41,695 nucleotides of DNA from Candidatus Wunengus sp. YC64 (GTDB taxonomy: Bacteria; Planctomycetota; Brocadiia; Brocadiales; Brocadiaceae): positions 1 through 41,695 of the forward strand of contig DBJWYX010000001.1 of the NCBI GenBank assembly GCA_052360825.1. The letters run 5' to 3'. Within the stretch, counting starts at the first letter, position 1. Every line of letters starts with the position of its first letter. The notes beneath the pieces are model-generated. The model had not been told where the DNA came from, did not search any database, and worked only from the letters and a program-made list of their open reading frames with translations. A program made the translations under genes and the position numbers. Shown here in pieces: positions 1 to 8,074 of this stretch.

Positions 1-569
1 TCGCCTCTTCTCGGCGATTCGTGATTGAAAAGAATTCCATTGCAGGCAAATATGTCATAGCCGTCTCTGTAGTTAACGGTCATCCAGTAAGCGTATACTT
101 TTGCTGCTGCGTAAGGGCTTCTGGGTCTGAAAGGTGTTTCTTCGTTTTGAGGCGCAGGGGAATCTCCAAACATTTCACTGCTGCTGGCTTGATAAAATTT
201 GGTCTTAATACCGCTTCTTCTAATAGCTTCCAGTATTCTCGTAGTCCCCAAACCGGTAATATCTCCTGTAAATTCTGGCATGTCAAAACTAACCCGCACG
301 TGGCTTTGAGCTGCTAAATGATAGATTTCATCAGGCTGAATATTATAAATGAGATTAGTAATTTGGCCTGAATCTGAGAGGTCACCATGGTGAAGAAAAA
401 GTCGAACATCAGGATTATGAGGGTCTAAGTATAGATGGTCAATCCTTTCGGTGTTGAAGGAACTGGAGCGACGTATAAGACCGTGAACTTCGTAGCCTTT
501 TGTCAGCAGGAATTCTGCAAGATAAGATCCGTCTTGTCCTGTAATGCCGGTAATTAAAGCTTTTTTCAT
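1..569 (-). CDS. gmd: GDP-mannose 4,6-dehydratase, N-terminal 189 codons (3' end lies beyond the left window edge)
   Basis: Absent from the ORF track because it runs off the edge. My hand translation of the reverse complement from the ATG (complement of 567..569) reads [64 protein letters not shown]...[39 protein letters not shown]. It shows the GxxGxxG Rossmann motif, the SPYAAAK catalytic YxxxK and the [13 protein letters not shown] block typical of GMD. The frame stays open to position 1. Confidence 0.9.
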   Translation of the reverse strand, partial: MKKALITGITGQDGSYLAEFLLTKGYEVHGLIRRSSSFNTERIDHLYLDPHNPDVRLFLHHGDLSDSGQITNLIYNIQPDEIYHLAAQSHVRVSFDMPEFTGDITGLGTTRILEAIRRSGIKTKFYQASSSEMFGDSPAPQNEETPFRPRSPYAAAKVYAYWMTVNYRDGYDIFACNGILFNHESPRRG

Positions 570-815
570 ATCAATTCAGTTTATGTACAGAGCAACGAAT
601 TTAACCGTTCCTATAATTTCTAAAACATTGTTTTTTTTGGAAAACCTTTATGTTCCAACTTTCACAAATTTGAAATACATCTTACCTTGATTACGTGATA
701 TTTTCAACAATGATACTCATAGAAAATAAAAAAGCAATTGAGTATAGTGGATGCCAAAGAAGATTGTCATGTGTGGCGTTGAGCCATAAGTAATCACTCC
801 TCGCTTGGCATAGGA

Positions 816-3572
816 TTATATCTTTTCTAACACCCTGGATACTTTTTCGAGATTTTGTTGCGCCTCTTTGTAACCAGCATCTATTCGTAATGCACTTTCA
901 AAGCAAGTTTTTGCATCATTGCACATATTCTTTTTGAAATATAATACCCCAAGATTGTTGTGTATGGAGGCATCGCTGTTATTCAAATTAATTGCTTTAT
1001 TAAGATGGGCGATGGCATCGTCTATTTGGTTGATACTTGAGTATACAATGGCAAGGTTATAGTGGGCATCAAAGAAGGATGGATTAACCTGCAAAGCCTT
1101 CTTGTACGCATCAATGGTCTTATCCATTTTCCCGTCTGTTTGATAGACAAGAGCCAGTCCGCACAAGGCAGTTTCGTCAATAGGATTGGTTTTTAATACC
1201 TTCGAATATGTTTCAATTGCCTCGCTAAGGTGTTCCCCTTCCAGCGCTCGTTTGCCTTTTGCACAGAGAACGGCATTTATATCAACCAGGCTTTCACGCA
1301 GCTCAAGCAATTGTTCATAGTCAACGTCGGGCCATTTTTCCTTAAATTTGGACCCATTAACGGATAAAATGTCACGATAATTAATTTTATTCTCAATAAA
1401 AGTTTGGCTTCTATAGTGGTGAATGAATACGCTTTCATCTACCATAATTGCATATCCTTTTCTAGAAACCTTTAAACATAAGTCATCATCTTCATAATTA
1501 CCTGTTCCAAAGGATTCATCCAGACCGCCTGCATCCTCGTAAAGCGCCTTTCTCATGAGGACTGCAAAACCGGCGACCCGGTATCTGGGGGTCAACCTTC
1601 CTTTGTATGTCTTTCTTATTTCCTGCGCAAATTTATAGAACCCCTGTTCGTCAGTATAGGGAATTTTGTTCACCTGCTGTCTCCCGCTGATGGAATTTGT
1701 GATAGGTCCTACCATGCCAATGTTTTTATCCATTTCTAAGCTTTCTACAAGACTCTCCAGCCAACCGTCCGACACGAGCACGTCATTATTGAGCAGCATC
1801 ACATATTCACCAGTAGCTATAGCCACCCCCTGATTGTTGCCCACTGCAAAGCCTTTATTTTCGTGGTTTTCGATAAGTTTATAATTTGGATGTTCTTTAA
1901 TTAACTTGCGGAGATATTCAACGGTGCCATCCGTTGATGCGTTATCCACAAAGACAATTTCGTGCGGATGGTTTGTATGATTCTGGATTGAATGAACGCA
2001 CTTTTGGGTATAGTCCAAGGCATTCCAGGTGAGAATGATTATAGAAACTGGTTTTTGAAGAGGGGGGTGAGAAATTAACTTGTCTGTAGTATTTTGCGCC
2101 AGGAGCAGTCTTTGAAAATTATTCCTGTATTTTTTATAAATCAATTCTCGAATCTTTGTAAATTCGTCTTGTTTACTGCTTGTTGTGGATGTTCCGTCAG
2201 CTCTCCAGCTAAATTCGCACGTTACCTCTCTTATGTGATAAAAATCATATTTCTCCGACATTCGGATCCACAGGTCCCAATCCTCAAGAACAGTCAAGGT
2301 TTCATCAAATATTCCCGCTTCATTGAAGCAGGTTCTATCGTGGACTACGCAGAGTACCGGCGTAATGTTGGTTTTGTAAAAAATACCTTTCACATAATCT
2401 ATGGAATACGGAATGTCCTTTTTAATTACCTGATAGGTATCTCCCTTTTTCGTCTGATATGCCCTGTAGGCATCCGTATAAACCGCTTTATAATTCGTAG
2501 TTGTTAATACTTTTACTGCCGTTTCTATATGATGTGGGTGGAAGATATCATCGTCATCGAGGTAGGCAATGTATTGACCTGCTGCATGCTTGATGGCGGT
2601 ATTTCTTACTGCTGCGAGGCCCTTGTTTTTATCGTGAACCAGGTATTTGATGGACAGTCGATCATGGAAAGTGTCTATAACACCCGATACATCTTCGCCT
2701 GCATCGTTAACCACAATTGCTTCGATACGTTTGTAAGTCTGTGCCGCAATGCTTTCCAGTGTTCTTTTCAAGGTGTCCGATCTGTTGTATGTGGGTACAA
2801 TAACAGTGACCAGAGGATGTGGTTGGGTTGCATTTCTCTGGCATTGGTTTAATATCTTTTTTGCTTCAGTAATAAGCTGAGGGTCGTAGAGGTTTGGATG
2901 GTTAAGGATAATTAGAGCCATTAATTCGCTATGATGCTCAAGTGCTTTTGTATACATACTCGTCTCTTTTACACGGTACATAAATAGCGGCTCGGAAAGC
3001 CTCTTTCCATAATATCCCTTCTCTCCACAAGAGATCCAAAAGTCCCAATCTTCATATCCCCAGACCATGTTGGGGTTATATCCACCTGCAGACTCCCACG
3101 CTTCACGCCGATACAGTGAGCAGTAGTTAAGATGGTTTTGAAGACACAATCGTTTAAAATCATACTCTCCTGCGCAAATAATTCGATTCGCAGCGCCAAA
3201 ATGTTTTACATCCGTATAGGCAATAGCAATTTCCGGGTGTGTTATCAAGAAAGAGACCGTCTTTTGCAGCATTTCAGGATGAATTAAATCGTCTGCATCG
3301 AGCGGTAAAATGTACTTTCCTTTTGATGCCTTAATTCCAGCATTTCTTGCCTCCGCCAAACCTTTGTTTTCCTGGTTTATAAGCCGAATCTGTTTTTCTG
3401 AATACTGCATAATCAAAGAATTCGCAATCTGGGGTGTATTGTCGCGGCTTCCGTCATTTACAATAATACATTCCCAGTGAGTAAAGGTTTGATTTACAAC
3501 AGACCCAACAGCTTCAGGCAGGTAATGTGCTTGGTTGTAACACGGAATAATAATCGATACTTCAGGCTTCAT
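816..3572 (-). CDS. 918-aa protein with three tandem GT2 (GT-A) glycosyltransferase domains and a C-terminal TPR array
   Basis: Three GT2 signatures are present. The first is VSIIIPCYNQAHYL...IIVNDGSRDNT...LDADD (aa 4-100). The second is VTVIVPTYNRSDTL...VVNDAGED...LDDDD (aa 254-345). The third is VSIIILTWNALDYT...VFVDNASTDGT...LLNNDV (aa 509-600). TPR repeats cover aa 770-912 and end in NNLGVLYFKK...EAQQNLEKV. The start overlaps the upstream stop by 4 nt (ATGA). Confidence 0.85.
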   Translation of the reverse strand: MKPEVSIIIPCYNQAHYLPEAVGSVVNQTFTHWECIIVNDGSRDNTPQIANSLIMQYSEKQIRLINQENKGLAEARNAGIKASKGKYILPLDADDLIHPEMLQKTVSFLITHPEIAIAYTDVKHFGAANRIICAGEYDFKRLCLQNHLNYCSLYRREAWESAGGYNPNMVWGYEDWDFWISCGEKGYYGKRLSEPLFMYRVKETSMYTKALEHHSELMALIILNHPNLYDPQLITEAKKILNQCQRNATQPHPLVTVIVPTYNRSDTLKRTLESIAAQTYKRIEAIVVNDAGEDVSGVIDTFHDRLSIKYLVHDKNKGLAAVRNTAIKHAAGQYIAYLDDDDIFHPHHIETAVKVLTTTNYKAVYTDAYRAYQTKKGDTYQVIKKDIPYSIDYVKGIFYKTNITPVLCVVHDRTCFNEAGIFDETLTVLEDWDLWIRMSEKYDFYHIREVTCEFSWRADGTSTTSSKQDEFTKIRELIYKKYRNNFQRLLLAQNTTDKLISHPPLQKPVSIIILTWNALDYTQKCVHSIQNHTNHPHEIVFVDNASTDGTVEYLRKLIKEHPNYKLIENHENKGFAVGNNQGVAIATGEYVMLLNNDVLVSDGWLESLVESLEMDKNIGMVGPITNSISGRQQVNKIPYTDEQGFYKFAQEIRKTYKGRLTPRYRVAGFAVLMRKALYEDAGGLDESFGTGNYEDDDLCLKVSRKGYAIMVDESVFIHHYRSQTFIENKINYRDILSVNGSKFKEKWPDVDYEQLLELRESLVDINAVLCAKGKRALEGEHLSEAIETYSKVLKTNPIDETALCGLALVYQTDGKMDKTIDAYKKALQVNPSFFDAHYNLAIVYSSINQIDDAIAHLNKAINLNNSDASIHNNLGVLYFKKNMCNDAKTCFESALRIDAGYKEAQQNLEKVSRVLEKI

Positions 3573-6500
3573 AGATTTGACTTTCTCAATTCAAGTGATA
3601 CTTCCTGGTGGCAGGCATGGGGGGTGAAATTTATGTATTTTTCTACATCTATTCTATATCCTTCCTCAAATTTATTCGCAAGTGTCTCGCTTGAATAACA
3701 AGTTTCACTTCCAACTCTATTATCGCAAACATTTTGCACAATATTTAACGGTGCACAGAACGTAAAAGAGAATTTACCGCAAAGAAGAATAGGTCTGGTA
3801 TTTACATATATTTGCTTGTTAGCCGCCATTTGGCCTTCTAAAGTGTTTGGATTTGAAAATTGTATTTGTGCAAGAAGGGGATAAATTTCCTTTACCCGAT
3901 ACACAGAGCTTGATACTTCCAGCGGGTAACCAAAATCAAGGTCAGCGCATACCCAATTGTATTTTAAAATGTCCTTTTCAACACTTGAAAACATCGGAAG
4001 TTTTTGCGCGGCATTGAGGGCGTAGCAATAAACGGTATTTTCACCAAGTCGCAAAGAGAATCCAATAGCGTTTTTATTCATATCAATACTTCTTGTAATG
4101 TTAGTAATATAAAAATCTCTCACGAATATATTATCGTCTACTAAAAATAAAACATACGTGTATTTTCTTATAAGCGGCAATACCTGTTCTTTAAAGTCTT
4201 TCTCTTTAATAAATGTCACATTGCTATACTCTTTTTTTAAGGCATCATAGAGTTTGTCATGCAACGCATTTGATGTTTTATAGATTACCGTCAAATCGGT
4301 TAATTGAGTATCCTTACAATGCATATAAAATGACCTTAACGTGCCATCTAATTGCATTGCCCTGTCTTTGCTGAATATGAGGCCAATTATTTGATTAGTT
4401 TTTTCTGTAGGTGATGTTTCATTCAGAATGTCATTAACTTTTTCAAGATTTTGTTGTGCCTCTCTATAGTTAACGTTTATTAATAATGCTATTTCAAAAT
4501 ATGTCTTTGCATCTAAGTACATACCTTTTTTGAAATACAAGACACCAAGGTTGTTATAGACAGAAGCATCTCCGCTGCGCAAACGAATTGCCTTTTCAAG
4601 ATAAAGTATAGCATTATCTGTTTGATTTACTTTTGCATATGCAATGGCAAGGCCATCGTATGCATCATAAAATGATGGGTTGCTCTCAATGGCTTTTTTA
4701 TAGTTATTAATAGCCTCGTTATATGCTCCATTTTGGAAAAATACTTCTGCCTTGTTAAAGAGATCAGATGATAAATCTGCGATAATTGATTCATTGTTGT
4801 TATCCTGAAATTGATTACTCTTTGAAAAGCTCTTTGTGTCCTGTGTGTATGTAATCTTGGAAGAAAATATTCGCTTCTCTCGTAAAAGTCTTAAATACAA
4901 TTCTTCATACTTGTCTACAATAGACTCCCAGGTAAGTTTCTCTTTCCATTCACGATAGCCTTCATTTACAAGTTGTATTCGAAGACTTTCATTATCCAAA
5001 ATATTGTTTGCATGAATTGCCATATCTTCAGGCGCGCAGACGATCCCGCCTTTCCACTCACGGACATTCCCACAATCTGTCGAAACAAAAGGTGTTTTAG
5101 AGGCCTTGGCTTCAATAATCACAAGTGGTGATGCTTCAATATGAGAACCAAACAAAAATATATCCGCCTCATAATAAGCAGCAAGGGTGTCTTCACGCGG
5201 AATATCCATGAAAAACTGTACGTTCATACCAGCGGCCTGCGCTTTCAAATTTGATAATTGAGCGCCTTCTTTTCCAATAAAAACCATGGTAAAATCAGGC
5301 CTATTCATTTGTTTTACACACTCAATAACTCTTTCCTGCCCCTTCCCTTCATAAAAATTTGCTACACATAATCCCCAAAAAGGTGTTCTGATATTGTATT
5401 TTTCCCTAAAGTTTGTCTGAGGTAGCCGTAAAAATTCTTCTTCATCAACACCATTGGGAATTACCATGCTGTTTGTAAATCCATGATTTTTGGCATATTC
5501 ATAGTCTTGATACAATGCAGAGTGATAAATTGCCGTGTCGTACTGTGGAACAATCGTTGGAATTATGCGATTGAAGTAATCTGCAAATTGTGGCCAACAG
5601 ATTGTACGGCTGTTTGAGAGTGCGGAGTAGCCACACGGTGCAATGACATTGACCTTATTTTCTCGCATTGGCAAAGCCTCAAATGCTAAATCAGTTGCCC
5701 ATTGCTGAGCAGCATAGTTCATCATCACATCCGCTGGGTGATGACGCACGAAATCCTTGTAATGCTCAATATCATGGCCATGAATTCCATTTCCAAGTGA
5801 ACCTTTAACGGAAAATTCTTCAATCTGAACACCATTAAGTTCGTGAAACATGCGATTATCGAGTTTTGTTGTGGCTACTGTGACGAGGTGTCCGCGTTTT
5901 GCAAGTCTCTCCGATATTTGTTGAACAACGATTTCAGCTCCTCCTGTATGGGGGGAATAGAATTCAACGGTATGAAGAACGGAAAGAGACTTATTTAACT
6001 GTTGAAATTTTGTTTTACCATTCAAATTATCACAACCTGGTTTATCGAGTTGTCCTGTATCGTGTTCTTTAAAGTTCTGTTGTTTATAGTTCTCGCGGAT
6101 TTTTTCAGCAAGTATTTGTTGTGTTTTTGCCCGCGTACTTCCAACGCTTGCCGGGTGTAGCCGGATCCTGTGCAATACCTCAGGAATATTTGCCAGTTCA
6201 AAACCCGCTATTAATGCACGCGCAAAGAAGTCGTAATCATCAACACTGCGATATTCTTCGCGATAATATCCAATTTTGTCAAATACTTCCCTTCTGATTA
6301 AGGATGCACTGTTAATCATAGAATTTACTTCACCAAAGGTTTCACGAATGCGTTCCGGCTGCCATTCGATCGGGGGTTTCCCTCTGTAATTGTGTTCGTC
6401 GTCAAAATACTCAGCAATACATCCAACGATAGCAATTTCAGGATGCTCCTCCAGATATCCAACCAATTTCTCTAGCTTGTTTGGTAAAGATATATCGTCG

Positions 6501-7132
6501 CTATCGTGATTTAGCAAGTATTTTGAGTTAGGATTTGTGTGTTTAATTGCCTCGTTCCTGGTTTTAACTTCGCCATTGTGTGGCAAGGAAAATACTTTAA
6601 TTCTTTTATCTCTGTTTTCATAGTCCCTGGCAATTTGAAGAGATTTATCAGTAGAACCATCGTCGGCAATAATTATCTCAAAGCCACAATAAGTTTGCAA
6701 AAGAAGAGATTCAAGGGTTTCAGCTAAATACTTTTCGCTATTATAGACAGGCATAAAAATTGAAACAGTTGGGGATACGGTGTAGTTGCAGGAGAGGGAT
6801 CTATCGAAGTTCTGACACCATAGCGCCCACAGTACCTCTTCAGTGGGTGATTCATCAACCACGCATTCACGCAATATGTCTTTCGATATTTGCCGTAATT
6901 TTGCCAAAGCAACCATTTTATGTTTCTTTGCTTTAACGATTATATTATAGGTCATCTGCCAGTGAGAAAATTCAAAATGAATTTCATCAAATCCTAATTT
7001 ACTTAAGACATGCTCGTACTTTTCTCTATACCATCCATCCTTGTGAATTGCCCAATCTGCTTCATGCGAACCAAACAGATGACGCATAACTGACTGTTTT
7101 TGAGTATACGAATGTTGTGAGGATGACATCAA
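3569..7132 (-). CDS. 1187-aa multidomain protein: GT2 domain, GT4 (GT-B) domain, TPR array, and an unassigned C-terminal alpha/beta domain (possibly GT-A-like)
   Basis: GT2 signature VSIFMPVYNSEKYL...IIADDGSTDKS...HDSDD at aa 121-330. GT-B signature LHTVEFYSPHTGGAEIVVQQISERLAKRGH...EASPLVIIEAKASKTPFVSTD at aa 383-745. TPR at aa 790-900. The C-terminal 270 aa (IGLIFSKDRAMQLD...FLVDDNIF) carries a DxD-like motif, but I cannot name a family. Confidence 0.8.
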   Translation of the reverse strand: MMSSSQHSYTQKQSVMRHLFGSHEADWAIHKDGWYREKYEHVLSKLGFDEIHFEFSHWQMTYNIIVKAKKHKMVALAKLRQISKDILRECVVDESPTEEVLWALWCQNFDRSLSCNYTVSPTVSIFMPVYNSEKYLAETLESLLLQTYCGFEIIIADDGSTDKSLQIARDYENRDKRIKVFSLPHNGEVKTRNEAIKHTNPNSKYLLNHDSDDISLPNKLEKLVGYLEEHPEIAIVGCIAEYFDDEHNYRGKPPIEWQPERIRETFGEVNSMINSASLIRREVFDKIGYYREEYRSVDDYDFFARALIAGFELANIPEVLHRIRLHPASVGSTRAKTQQILAEKIRENYKQQNFKEHDTGQLDKPGCDNLNGKTKFQQLNKSLSVLHTVEFYSPHTGGAEIVVQQISERLAKRGHLVTVATTKLDNRMFHELNGVQIEEFSVKGSLGNGIHGHDIEHYKDFVRHHPADVMMNYAAQQWATDLAFEALPMRENKVNVIAPCGYSALSNSRTICWPQFADYFNRIIPTIVPQYDTAIYHSALYQDYEYAKNHGFTNSMVIPNGVDEEEFLRLPQTNFREKYNIRTPFWGLCVANFYEGKGQERVIECVKQMNRPDFTMVFIGKEGAQLSNLKAQAAGMNVQFFMDIPREDTLAAYYEADIFLFGSHIEASPLVIIEAKASKTPFVSTDCGNVREWKGGIVCAPEDMAIHANNILDNESLRIQLVNEGYREWKEKLTWESIVDKYEELYLRLLREKRIFSSKITYTQDTKSFSKSNQFQDNNNESIIADLSSDLFNKAEVFFQNGAYNEAINNYKKAIESNPSFYDAYDGLAIAYAKVNQTDNAILYLEKAIRLRSGDASVYNNLGVLYFKKGMYLDAKTYFEIALLINVNYREAQQNLEKVNDILNETSPTEKTNQIIGLIFSKDRAMQLDGTLRSFYMHCKDTQLTDLTVIYKTSNALHDKLYDALKKEYSNVTFIKEKDFKEQVLPLIRKYTYVLFLVDDNIFVRDFYITNITRSIDMNKNAIGFSLRLGENTVYCYALNAAQKLPMFSSVEKDILKYNWVCADLDFGYPLEVSSSVYRVKEIYPLLAQIQFSNPNTLEGQMAANKQIYVNTRPILLCGKFSFTFCAPLNIVQNVCDNRVGSETCYSSETLANKFEEGYRIDVEKYINFTPHACHQEVSLELRKSNL

Positions 7133-7222
7133 GGCGACTCTATGAGTTTTTTTATATCATGTTTAATGGTTTCTGTGGTATTCATGCTGCTTTTGCCCTT
7201 GATAGAGATAAACCTAATTTAC

Positions 7223-8074
7223 CTATGGGATATATTTCCCGAAAAGGTAATAATTATTTGGTAAATGCCTTATTTCGTAACTATACCACTTGTAATTTTT
7301 TAGAGAATCTTTCCATGCTGAAAAAAAGTTACTATTATCTATTTCTCCAAACTGCTTTTGATATGCGATTAAAAATAAATCAAAATTATCAAGCATACTT
7401 AAGATTGCATATATTGGTGTTTCACTTATTGACCAGGTAGCGATAAAGATTGATTTCTTTTTTGATTCTTTATTATTTAAAATCTCTCTGAGCACTTCAG
7501 TTTTAAAAATACAACTAACTCCATTTGTATATTCATTTGCTCCATACTTTGCGTTTATTCCAATACTCTTTAAATAAAATTCTTGAAGCGCCGAAAAAAC
7601 AGGAAGATCAAAAATGATATATTTGCCTTTAAAACCCAGATTATGAAATAATCTACACATGCTCCCATATCCCCCTCCAAATTCAAGCACATAATCTATA
7701 TCAGTAATATTCAATTTCAATTGATTTCCAAGTTGGGCTAAATGATATGCGTGATGGATCAAATTACTACTACTTTTAGGGTAAAATATACATGGATCAG
7801 GGTGTCCTATCTGGACTTCCTCAGTGGCGCTTTTCCAAATGTGCCAATTACCTTCTATTAAGAACTTTAGTTCATTAACAATGTAAGATGATGTTTTTGG
7901 AACGAACATTGTGTTACGGATGACATTCCATTGAAGAAATCTTCTGGGGTCTGAATTATTAATGTCTTCGACTAACTCAGTAACATTATTAACCCATTCG
8001 GGTTGAATTTCAGAATTATCTGCGTCAGAATATAAAATATTATTTACATGGTTTCTTAAATTATTGATAAGCAA
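7223..8074 (-). CDS. Class I SAM-dependent methyltransferase (putative sugar O-methyltransferase type)
   Basis: Glycine-rich SAM motif VLEFGGGYGSMCRL followed by an acidic residue (IIFDLP). The size and the N-terminal helical region resemble the putative sugar O-methyltransferases found in surface-glycan loci. It overlaps the upstream gene by 19 nt. Confidence 0.6.
   Translation of the reverse strand: MLINNLRNHVNNILYSDADNSEIQPEWVNNVTELVEDINNSDPRRFLQWNVIRNTMFVPKTSSYIVNELKFLIEGNWHIWKSATEEVQIGHPDPCIFYPKSSSNLIHHAYHLAQLGNQLKLNITDIDYVLEFGGGYGSMCRLFHNLGFKGKYIIFDLPVFSALQEFYLKSIGINAKYGANEYTNGVSCIFKTEVLREILNNKESKKKSIFIATWSISETPIYAILSMLDNFDLFLIAYQKQFGEIDNSNFFSAWKDSLKNYKWYSYEIRHLPNNYYLFGKYIP

Noticed and set aside
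21-317. Track ORFs 21..317 (+) and 80..286 (-) at the left edge.
   Set aside because: Both are off-frame relative to the unambiguous gmd reading frame on the minus strand (open from 569 to position 1), which explains this region completely.
6830-7132. The N-terminal 100 aa of the 1187-aa protein (…LFGSHEADWAIHKDGWYREKYEHVLSKLGFDEIHFEFS…IIVKAKK) resembles the C-terminal end of a class I methyltransferase. It could be an orphan remnant of a lost methyltransferase domain.
   Set aside because: There is no SAM-binding motif, and the resemblance is only a vague pattern seen by eye. The evidence is insufficient without a profile search.
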